Shown: in pieces, positions 12,001-18,514 of the stretch
How positions within the stretch are numbered: the stretch's first letter is position 1
Layout of the letters: the number at the start of each line of letters is the position of its first letter
IMG/VR virus record: IMGVR_UViG_3300025084_000066
Location: 1 to 43,186 of that record
Source: a virus
Lineage: Duplodnaviria; Caudoviricetes
Reading direction: 5' to 3' (one strand)
Length of the DNA stretch: 43,186 nt
The notes under the pieces: model-generated
Seen by the model: only the letters and a program-made list of their open reading frames with translations
Told to the model about the DNA's origin: nothing
Database searches by the model: none
Made by a program: the position numbers and the translations under genes

Positions 12001-12483
12001 ATGGTAAAAAATGTTAGTAAAAAGTTATATGACGAAAACAAAAAAGTTGAGGAAGGAAAAGGACAATTTGATATAGCTGCAATATTAGCAGAAGTCGCAA
12101 CAGTTGGCCCAGCAATAAGTATCAAAACTAGAGATATATACGATGCTTTGAAAGATTACAAGTATAAAAGAAAATCTTTTGAAAAAATGGGTATATCTAT
12201 AGAAAATCCTGTATTAGATATGGTAGGTAGCTCTGCTTCATTTTTTAATGTACCTTTAGATAGGGTTGTTTCAAAAGCTAGAAACGTTAAAGACGCTTTA
12301 GATGTTGAAACAGAAACATGGCAAAAAATAGCATTATTAGCTGGTTGGAACAGGTGGACTGTAAACTTTGAACCAGATGATAGTTATTACTCTACAAAAT
12401 CAAAAGGTAAAAGAAAATCAAAAAAAATTAGACAAAACAACTCTGCATCAAGCAGATATTCAAAAAGAAAAAAATATAATTAA
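6049..12483 (+). CDS. Large internal virion polyprotein with zincin (HExxH) metallopeptidase motif and a sigma-like module
   Basis: 2144 aa. HEILH at aa 567-571; QFSQ at aa 708-711 and 1087-1090; KFNPEQNDSFSGY at aa 792-804; long helical C-terminal domain. Confidence 0.65.
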   Translation: MNEFYIVDGKLFEVSPDRKQDFLLKYPQAKLKDEQTDLVKTKGTEKGVTVPENVTPNTESNLVAGFLDFKLPTPKEIKLENKIEKDSEELTLGQGLLNEFKNAGDRLGLIDNFWKGDDPSVQLALTAMNEELYGRKGMKTLLSAGRDSFNAKERYLQFDSVEDLIKDVKEKQQSNRPVFALADAISEKDPGKFAVGVLGTVANALASVGYGIGTGFTGYGYEYAAENYIEYNERLAKRKNKSLKQLISDNEEETVIPFSIAAGQAGIENIGLGKVLGKVLKKGRNKITKYALDIAFAGGVEAGTEWSQYGLGEFNKLLGDGKTKTEALQGALYRMLTEKDAYESMLRGGFGGAGIRGGRYALRASSSVRSTKDSNEIQRNINSIVYNKKVSLETKDEDVRVSAEANIEISKANIKRLIDISNDKIKDLDESSQKKIHDINVETERQVSKLKDLKEKLDNNKINKKEYLTYLDKVKKDYNVSVLRINGVLAKNRGINSLINKSTSFGLKMAEALNIKAKSYETNKEFANAIGKTESEASQIGGAYINGKIYFNKDAASKTFQINIGAHEILHPILNSQIGDKKQQGKIVQGVKERLTSRQIKELDAIMENRGYGVDSGKYETEYLNVMSDALAKNELSLDKTILEKIADFFKSLFKKYDMDIGFENADQVYNFLSEFNKSAKENKVSKKVLDAIDKVKLNKELESESRQFSQAEKNSIIDDLAGPNTKEEGYSISKKQYEEDGYLADAYNRIIEGNLMDALIVRGIQGKTVSGKPISNFIEDVKKELTDLIIKFNPEQNDSFSGYLNGQLQTWVKSKVLKQYAQSKSKSLDVVAGEVGSVAEPGMNEDFSEFDTKESFDENTENKIIPSKVFGIESDVKNSVENLFPMLTLDQMTFGSVPLIASPHIAEKAGVKVGKITDPKKNLGAGELKKAQKFLYKHIDDFIKLLPPLTSNKEVTDQNAEGKSVQIATKLINDEKFNLDLYEPAEKRVKGAQGNPQFKLPNNFLSNEYKERVLKAFGMDSEGGALITDVKGEILDGRSPESQRVKGALALLSKLTTNTELRIQMLKAGINPNVINNIAAGKSEFQFSQQPDNDIVIPELTNMIFNKREYFKYTRSLYENPEFLEETSKIYDIDLNKEDVKNISLYKYENNVQKWDYEKLLKLKKYQFEFLNSMPDLFKRESFLARSVAGFNGFNSLFNNTLDLYTSESKVLVDKNNKIIRDDRIEKITVFDQEINKNISTKNLKSNKNLSKNDVSFINDLNDHIKNNNKKINTLYTLKKLLNDPTLLEDTKKTAILDFKSSKANETRNGVYNLMNQYRLAFVKSGKNKNEIKERLMFITQSLAFENSSIDGLNNLSSLDLSVLKKGTERYSIQNYDSSSKITKQILFDIMSGKEPVVSTNNFKSGVVPTSILEQTPKLSQEQSIKIIKNKTDKNEQLSQVNFNDEVKTLQLESQMGLMLSAKDKRYSLDDIIDVATSKQLAATRKKMFRIIPHSANDLAGLLYGFLGKGKKGEKQLEFFVDNLVKPFSKAIMSLDIARQLSSRKYKQFLKDNPNFNKEMEQETGVSGFNYDQALRVYLYTKNGSKVPGINDTTLQKLKAKIITYPGNKMLKYASSLSSIMRQDSYWIDPDVNSWQTDTIRQDILRSIDQLSRKKFLGPFLENKKAIFSENNINKIRATYGQDFLDPLQDILTRMESGKTRTSGQSKMVNGMLNWIRGSVASTMFLNTRTATLQTLSTFNYINWSDNNIYHSGKALIGNPTQWATDFKYIMNSDYLKERRGGLRTDVNEAEIADAIKRNKGFKGVLGLVLQKGFVFTKAGDAFAIAAGGASFYRNRINTYTAKGFSKVEAQRKAFVDFQEVTEETQQSARADRLSMEQTSAEGRLFLAFQNTPMQYTRLIERAALDLRNGRGNPKEKVSKILYYSFLQNIMFSVLQQGLFSMLFPGQDEDEETKRNERKFGYMANNMVDTLIRGTGVKGAVFSMVKNVSKKLYDENKKVEEGKGQFDIAAILAEVATVGPAISIKTRDIYDALKDYKYKRKSFEKMGISIENPVLDMVGSSASFFNVPLDRVVSKARNVKDALDVETETWQKIALLAGWNRWTVNFEPDDSYYSTKSKGKRKSKKIRQNNSASSRYSKRKKYN

Positions 12484-12485
12484 CT

Positions 12486-12650
12486 ATGGAGTGGCAAGAT
12501 ATTAAACTAATGGCCTTTAACGGTACAACATTAACGCTTTCTATGACAGAAATGGAAACAATATTAAAAATAGTATTATTGTTAGTTTCTATAGGTTTTA
12601 CAATAGCCCGCTGGTATGACATACATAAAAAAAATAAAGCTAATAAGTAG
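12486..12650 (+). CDS. Small membrane protein, putative holin (not in ORF track)
   Basis: My translation: MEWQDIKLMAFNGTTLTLSMTEMETILKIVLLLVSIGFTIARWYDIHKKNKANK (54 aa). TM helix plus basic tail; starts 2 nt after the upstream stop. Confidence 0.55.
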   Translation: MEWQDIKLMAFNGTTLTLSMTEMETILKIVLLLVSIGFTIARWYDIHKKNKANK

Positions 12651-13080
12651 TTTATTATTTTGTGCTATATTATCTGCACAAGATATTAAAATAAACAATA
12701 TAAAAAATTCAATTCAAACTGGTCCATTAGTTAATAATAGGAACGTTGGTTTTGGTTTAAAAAACATATTAGAGGAAGTCGTTCAAGATAAAGATTATAA
12801 CTTAAATGATAAAAGTAAAAATGTTTTAGATGTTGAACTAATTTATTTTGATGTAAAACGAACTCAATCAAATATTGCGTTGTATAGCAAATCGTCTAGT
12901 CAAACAGAAATAATTGCAATTGCTAAATATAAAAAGAAAAAAGTGAAAGTAAAAGGTACATCAAAAGATATAACTACATCTTTAATTTTATTAAATGAAC
13001 AAGGTAGGTTTACACAAAATAGCGTTAGCGTTGCATTAAAAAAACTTTCAGAAAACATTATTAAGAAATTAAAATTATGA
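12616..13080 (+). CDS. Exported protein, short CsgG-fold paralogue
   Basis: Signal peptide (..LLFCAILSA/QD). RNVGFGLKNI and FTQNSVSVALKK align by eye with YRVGLGLTNI and FNQSSIGTSTKK of 15289..16008. Confidence 0.5.
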   Translation: MTYIKKIKLISSLLFCAILSAQDIKINNIKNSIQTGPLVNNRNVGFGLKNILEEVVQDKDYNLNDKSKNVLDVELIYFDVKRTQSNIALYSKSSSQTEIIAIAKYKKKKVKVKGTSKDITTSLILLNEQGRFTQNSVSVALKKLSENIIKKLKL

Positions 13081-14702
13081 AAAAACTATTGTTTTTATTA
13101 TTACCATTATTCTGTTTAGCGCAAGATTTAAAACTTGATCACAGTTATATAAACGCTGCAGATTTTGAGGTTGGTGATACTATAACAATAAAGTTTAACA
13201 CAATACAAGTTACAAACAATGTTGAACCTAACTTGTATATATTTGATTATGAGTATAATAATAAGCTGTTACAGAAAATTACACATAGATTTAAAGTAAC
13301 AGATAACTCAGCTAATACGAATGCACAAACCTCATTAACACATTGGGATGGTTTTAAGTATAAGATTTTAAGTACTTATGATGAAGATAACCTTTCAGCA
13401 CAATATTTAAATGGTTGGCTTAATAGAACACAAGTAGAGGGTGATACTAATTCATATCCAACAGATAACGATTGGTCTGTAGAAAGAATAACAATTCAAG
13501 ATGGTGTTGGTATTACATATAATAACACTTTAATTGAAGTTGATTTTAAGATTAAAGATAAAATTAATACTAATTATAATAATTATAATAATGTAACACA
13601 TCTTAATTGGATGAGAGCTGAAGACAACTCCACATCAACTCAATATGATGTTGATGCAATGCAACAAAAAATAACTCTTTCAGGTGTTGAAGGTGGAGAT
13701 GCAGGTAGTGTTACAATAAACTTAAATACCGTTAATGATAAACCAACACATTATAAGTATAATATATTGAGTAATAATAATAGTATAGCTAGCGGTAATT
13801 TTGATGCAAGCTCTCAAGCTATTGTAACTGGTTTAGAAAATGATGTAAAGTATGACATTAATATCACTGTTGATAATGAGTTAGCATCAGATTGGTTAGA
13901 TGATGTAGTTACTGTTACTGATGTGTTTTTAGTTTTTAAAGAAGCTATAGGTGCTGGTACTAGCCCAGGTGGAACTGCAAATACATTTACACATTCTATA
14001 CAATATTTACTAGGTGAAGTTAATAACAGTGGTAATGTAGACTTTGATGACTCCTATGTTATGCTTAGCCATGTAATGGACGAAAATGTTAGCGAATATT
14101 TTACAAACTCTACTAATGGTGCTAAAGATGTTTGGGGTGAAAAAACTCAATATGGTTATTCAACAGATGATTATTACTTTGGACAGAAAAAACATTTTAC
14201 TCCTACAGATGCTAATAAAATATTTAATTTTGGACATGGCCTTATAGGTGATGTAGATTTTTCACATTCATTTGAGCCTATAGTTGAAGATGATAACGAG
14301 GGAGTTATAAAGATTCCTAGTGTGCAAGGCAAAATTGAAAATTTAGATTTAGACATTTCAACAAGTTTAGTTAATGATAAAGTAGAATTATTAGTTGAGC
14401 TAGAAAAAGACTACTTGGCTGGCATGCAATTTATAATTCAATTTGATAATACTATATTAGAATTTGAAGAAATTCAATTCAATACAGGTAACCTATTAAC
14501 TAACTTCGCTACAGAGCGTGATGATAAATTATATTTTGGTAGCATTAGTGTAGAAAATAAAGAAAATATTAAGGTTGGTAAACCTTATAAAATTATATTT
14601 AATACAAAACAAACGGTGACAAATGCTTCTGGTTTAATTTATTTTAAAACAACAGACGCGGTTACAAGTGATGGAACTAAAGTAATTTTAAAAATACAAT
14701 AA
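13077..14702 (+). CDS. Secreted cohesin/dockerin-like domain protein
   Basis: Signal peptide MKKLLFLLLPLFCLA/Q. Cohesin-like ends (VGDTITIKF..FDYEYNNKLL; LAGMQFIIQFDNTILEF); dockerin-like pair VVTVTDVFLVF and GEVNNSGNVDFDDSYVML. Confidence 0.55.
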   Translation: MKKLLFLLLPLFCLAQDLKLDHSYINAADFEVGDTITIKFNTIQVTNNVEPNLYIFDYEYNNKLLQKITHRFKVTDNSANTNAQTSLTHWDGFKYKILSTYDEDNLSAQYLNGWLNRTQVEGDTNSYPTDNDWSVERITIQDGVGITYNNTLIEVDFKIKDKINTNYNNYNNVTHLNWMRAEDNSTSTQYDVDAMQQKITLSGVEGGDAGSVTINLNTVNDKPTHYKYNILSNNNSIASGNFDASSQAIVTGLENDVKYDINITVDNELASDWLDDVVTVTDVFLVFKEAIGAGTSPGGTANTFTHSIQYLLGEVNNSGNVDFDDSYVMLSHVMDENVSEYFTNSTNGAKDVWGEKTQYGYSTDDYYFGQKKHFTPTDANKIFNFGHGLIGDVDFSHSFEPIVEDDNEGVIKIPSVQGKIENLDLDISTSLVNDKVELLVELEKDYLAGMQFIIQFDNTILEFEEIQFNTGNLLTNFATERDDKLYFGSISVENKENIKVGKPYKIIFNTKQTVTNASGLIYFKTTDAVTSDGTKVILKIQ

Positions 14703-15061
14703 TGAAAAAAATATTTATATTATTATTATTTATAAGTTGTTCTGAAACGATATACATTGAAACACCTACACAAGAGGTTCCTGAATCTTTATTTATGGCA
14801 CAAGCTATAGGTTTAAAATTAGAAAGTTATATTGTTGAAGATAAAGTAAGAATAAATACCAAGCTACCTTCTGATGGTGATTATAGAATTAAAATATTAG
14901 ATTTTACAAACACAATGATTAATCAAGAAATAATAAAAGGTAAACAAGGTGATAACATATTAAACATATATGTTAATTCGTTGCCTGTTAGTTCTTATAC
15001 GGTAGAATTATATACTAAAAACAATAATTTTATAGGTAGACAAACATTTTCAATGAAATAA
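14702..15061 (+). CDS. Lipoprotein with T9SS type-A sorting (CTD)-like Ig domain
   Basis: Lipobox FISC. YRIKILDFTNTMI..GDNILNIYVNSLPVSSYTVELY resembles the Por secretion tail pattern. Confidence 0.55.
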   Translation: MKKIFILLLFISCSETIYIETPTQEVPESLFMAQAIGLKLESYIVEDKVRINTKLPSDGDYRIKILDFTNTMINQEIIKGKQGDNILNIYVNSLPVSSYTVELYTKNNNFIGRQTFSMK

Positions 15062-15062
15062 T

Positions 15063-15287
15063 ATGAAAGAATTAAAGAATCAAATAATAGCTACTGTAGG
15101 TTTAATTATAACTGCAGCAGGCGGAATATTTATAGCTAATATGGAAGCTATATTTAGCCCTGAAGACGACTCACCTTCACCAACAATGGAACAAACAATA
15201 ACAATACCACCGAGTGTTGTTAAAGATACTTTGGTTATAACTAAAACAGTAATACAAAAACCAAAGGAAAGAGAAATAGATTGGTAA
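15063..15287 (+). CDS. Small single-pass membrane protein
   Basis: Hydrophobic IIATVGLIITAAGGIFI, then a Pro/Thr-rich tail containing KDTLVITKT. Confidence 0.6.
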   Translation: MKELKNQIIATVGLIITAAGGIFIANMEAIFSPEDDSPSPTMEQTITIPPSVVKDTLVITKTVIQKPKEREIDW

Positions 15288-15288
15288 C

Positions 15289-16008
15289 ATGAAAAAATTT
15301 ATACTATGTGCGATATTTGTATCGGCTGTGGCTTCTGCTCATAGCCAAGTAATTGGAAAAACAACAACCGAAGATTATGTCGGTAGCTTTGAATCAAAAG
15401 AATCTATATGGAGTGTGCCAGAATACAATGGTGACCCTGTATCCGTAGCCTTGCTTAATATTGGTGTTACTGAAGAAATATTAAATCAGTATCCTGAACT
15501 AGGTAATTATAGAGTAGGACTAGGTTTAACTAATATAACAGTAGCATTTTTAGATGAAACGTTTCGTTTTGAGTTTGTAGAAACTAAAGATGAAATTAAA
15601 GATAGAATGATTAAACAGTTTAAAGCAAGTGAAAAAGGTTTTACAGCTAATGTTATAAATCCTATAGGTAAAATAGTATTAGCTAAATACTTTTGTTATA
15701 TAGAGGTTTATGACTTTAGTATATCAGAAGATGAAACTATTAATTTAAAAGACGGTATTAAAAATAAACTTGTAACGCGATTAGGTTTGCAAGTTAAGCT
15801 TGTTGACTCAGAATCTGGATTATATATGACTGGATCTGGTTTAGGTAAAGCTACAACAACAAGAGAATTAACTTTACTCAACAATGAAAATTTAGAAGAT
15901 GTAAAATTTAACCAATCATCAATTGGAACATCGACTAAAAAAGCTTTAGAGACCGCAGTTGCTAAAGTTGTTAAACGAATGATAAGAAAAAAGATATTTG
16001 ATCATTAA
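15289..16008 (+). CDS. CsgG/HfaB-family (curli assembly/transport-like) exported protein
   Basis: Signal peptide. VSVALL, GLGLTNI..FLDETFRFEFVE, EVYDFS and RLGLQVKLVDSESG plus a C-terminal helix match the CsgG-family layout. Confidence 0.65.
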   Translation: MKKFILCAIFVSAVASAHSQVIGKTTTEDYVGSFESKESIWSVPEYNGDPVSVALLNIGVTEEILNQYPELGNYRVGLGLTNITVAFLDETFRFEFVETKDEIKDRMIKQFKASEKGFTANVINPIGKIVLAKYFCYIEVYDFSISEDETINLKDGIKNKLVTRLGLQVKLVDSESGLYMTGSGLGKATTTRELTLLNNENLEDVKFNQSSIGTSTKKALETAVAKVVKRMIRKKIFDH

Positions 16009-17390
16009 TGAAAAAAATAATAATTCTATTATTATTTTCCTCAAGTATATATTCTCAAACATTAATACAGGCATTTGCAGATAGATGTACTGGAGAGATT
16101 AAAACAGTTTCTATACAAATGGAAGGTTACACTACAGTGTCTTTTTATAATAGAACAAAAACTTTTACTTCTAATGATTTTTATAGTGGTGCATTAAGAA
16201 CTTGGATGGAGCAAACTTATGCTTGGTGGTATGCGTTATCTGCCTGTTCAACCGCACAAACAACACAAACAACAACGCAAACATCTACATCAAACAGTAA
16301 TAGTGGTTCTGATTCTAGTGGTGGATCTTCTGATAACTCTGGTGATACAGGAAGTGATAATAGTGGAGACTCAGGAGGAGGAGATGATAGTGGAGGAGAC
16401 TCAGGAGATAATGGAGGTGATTCCGACGACGGAGGTGGGGATTCTGATGATGGTGGTGGTGATAGTGATGATGATGGTGGTGATAGTGACGATGATGATG
16501 GTGGAGGAAATGATGATAGTGATGATTCTGAAGAAGAAGAGCAACAAGAAGAAGAAAAAGAAGAGGAAGAAGAAAAAGAAAAAGAAGAGGAAGAAGAGGA
16601 AGAAGAGGAAGAGTCTGAAGAAGAATCTGAAGAAGAAGAAGAGGAAGAAGACAAAAAAAAGAAAAAGAAGAATACAAACCCTATAATTATATCAGCTAAT
16701 CTAATGCGTATGTCAGGATTAGATGGTGCTGCAAATCAAGTTATAGGATTAGGTTTTGCTCAATCATCAATGAATGGTGAATTTAATTATTCTGCTAATA
16801 TGATGATATGGGACAATCTAAAACAAGTTAGTTTAAGTGGCTCAAGAGGTCACACATTTTACAGGTATGATAAAAAAGTTCCTGTAATAATTAAAGAAGA
16901 TGGCAAAGAATATATATTTGGCCATTTTTATGATAAAGGAAGTATTGCAAACGTACAAACATTATCTGCAGGATTAATGTATATGTATGGTGTTTATAAT
17001 GCTTCGTTCGGTATTAGTAATGTATATATTGGACAAAAAGAAAATAAATGGAAAGGATTTGTTGGTGGTGTTTCTGCTTCTGCAAACGTATTATATAGTC
17101 AAAGTAACTGGAACATAATGCCGGCGTTTATATTTTTTGGTACTAAACCATTTCCTTTCAAACGTTTTACTGTATCACCTATGTTAGCTACCGCTTTAAC
17201 ACCTGTGAGCTACAGTACATTAGATAATGGTTTTGTTTTTAATGAACATGCATTATTTGTAGGAGGTGCAAACTTTGATTTTGCTATAACTAAAACATTT
17301 AGAATGAATTTAGGTTTTAATATAGCTAAAAGCACAGACGCATTTCCATTAACATATTCAATAACAATTGGCGGTAAATTTAAATTATAA
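16008..17390 (+). CDS. Putative outer-membrane beta-barrel protein with G/D/S and poly-Glu linker
   Basis: Signal peptide, small 2-Cys N-domain, low-complexity linker, amphipathic beta strands ending TYSITIGGKFKL (beta-signal-like). Confidence 0.55.
   Translation: MKKIIILLLFSSSIYSQTLIQAFADRCTGEIKTVSIQMEGYTTVSFYNRTKTFTSNDFYSGALRTWMEQTYAWWYALSACSTAQTTQTTTQTSTSNSNSGSDSSGGSSDNSGDTGSDNSGDSGGGDDSGGDSGDNGGDSDDGGGDSDDGGGDSDDDGGDSDDDDGGGNDDSDDSEEEEQQEEEKEEEEEKEKEEEEEEEEEESEEESEEEEEEEDKKKKKKNTNPIIISANLMRMSGLDGAANQVIGLGFAQSSMNGEFNYSANMMIWDNLKQVSLSGSRGHTFYRYDKKVPVIIKEDGKEYIFGHFYDKGSIANVQTLSAGLMYMYGVYNASFGISNVYIGQKENKWKGFVGGVSASANVLYSQSNWNIMPAFIFFGTKPFPFKRFTVSPMLATALTPVSYSTLDNGFVFNEHALFVGGANFDFAITKTFRMNLGFNIAKSTDAFPLTYSITIGGKFKL
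16295..16670 (+). repeat. Low-complexity coding repeat: (GGDSDD)n, then poly-E, then poly-K
   Basis: GGT/GAT/AGT and GAA/GAG triplet runs are directly visible. Confidence 0.9.
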
Positions 17391-17392
17391 AA

Positions 17393-17851
17393 ATGATTAG
17401 TGAACACATTAGTAAAAAAGAAGCAACATTCAGTGCTACGGCATCAAGAAAGGGTATAGAAAATATACCAAATGATTATGAGTTACAAAACATGGAACTT
17501 ATAGCCGCAAAAGTATTTGAACCATTAAGAAAAGCAGTTAATGGACCAATTAAAATTAATTCATTCTTTCGTTCGGAAGAATTAAACAAAGCGATCGGCG
17601 GGAGTAGCCGTTCACAACATTGCCAAGGACGTGCTATGGATTTAGACGACACATATGGTTATATGTCTAATAAAGACATGTATAATTATATAAAAAATAA
17701 CTTAGATTTCGATCAGATGATTTGGGAGTTTGGAACAGAAGAAAATCCTGATTGGGTACACGTGAGCTATATAGATGGTGATTCTAATAGAAGGCGTTGT
17801 TTACAAGCTTATAAAAATGAAAACAATAAAACTTGTTATAAAGAAATATAA
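17393..17851 (+). CDS. Peptidase M15 family endolysin
   Basis: INSFFRS, SQHCQGRAMD (HxxxxxxD) and WVHVS zinc-ligand motifs. Confidence 0.85.
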   Translation: MISEHISKKEATFSATASRKGIENIPNDYELQNMELIAAKVFEPLRKAVNGPIKINSFFRSEELNKAIGGSSRSQHCQGRAMDLDDTYGYMSNKDMYNYIKNNLDFDQMIWEFGTEENPDWVHVSYIDGDSNRRRCLQAYKNENNKTCYKEI

Positions 17852-18501
17852 TGAAATTATTTAAAACTGTCTTTTTTGTAATGGCTATTATGGCTGTTGT
17901 TAGTTGTGGAATACAAAAAACACCACCACCACCATTATCAGGTCCGTGGTTAGATGTTCCTTCTACTGTTAAGATAGATACATTATCTTATACAAGATTA
18001 AGTTGGAAGATGAGAAAAAGCTTTACGTTTAGATGGAACTATGCAAAGTTTGCATCTAATCAACCTTTTTCATTTTATTCATCTGCGTCGTTTGCTAGAT
18101 TTTGGAATCCGTTTAATTCTTTTGAAATGTATTGGAATAGACATAACTTCTGGTATGACTGGGCTTTTGGTTACCCTTATTTTAATCATCAAATACCAAG
18201 GTATTATATGTATGAAAAACCTCGTTATGTAGCTGTAATGAAAGAAAGAAGAAATAGCATTAGAAAAGTAAGAGAAGATAAGGTTAACATAATAGCTAAT
18301 AGATTAAGAAACGAAGTAAAGATAAATAATGACAGACCAAATAGAAACTTAAACAATAGAAATAAATTTATTCCAAGAGAAAATCCTGGTAATTTTAATT
18401 CTAAAATAACTCCAAGGGAAAATCCTCGTCAAGATATAAGGCCAAATAGATCTTTAGTTAACTCAACTAAAATATCTATGAGAGCAAAAGTTAAAAAGTA
18501 A
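17851..18501 (+). CDS. Lipoprotein with aromatic core and Arg/Asn/Pro-rich tail
   Basis: Lipobox VVSC, poly-Pro, W/Y/F-rich middle, repeated PRENP; TAATG-coupled to the endolysin. Confidence 0.6.
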   Translation: MKLFKTVFFVMAIMAVVSCGIQKTPPPPLSGPWLDVPSTVKIDTLSYTRLSWKMRKSFTFRWNYAKFASNQPFSFYSSASFARFWNPFNSFEMYWNRHNFWYDWAFGYPYFNHQIPRYYMYEKPRYVAVMKERRNSIRKVREDKVNIIANRLRNEVKINNDRPNRNLNNRNKFIPRENPGNFNSKITPRENPRQDIRPNRSLVNSTKISMRAKVKK

Positions 18502-18514
18502 ATTTTAAAAATTT

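Noticed and set aside
6049-12483. Virion RNA polymerase like crAss-like phi14:2 gp66 (similar size and position)
   Set aside because: I found no DxDxD (DFDID/DFDGD) catalytic motif in the translation.
12428-12622. 64-aa minus-strand ORF
   Set aside because: The + strand 54-aa membrane ORF (12486..12650) fits the operon better.
16217-16686. Poly-Ser, poly-His and Met/Lys-rich ORFs in alternative frames
   Set aside because: Shadows of the low-complexity linker in 16008..17390.
12616-17390. Complete curli operon
   Set aside because: No curlin repeat subunit or recognisable CsgE/CsgF.
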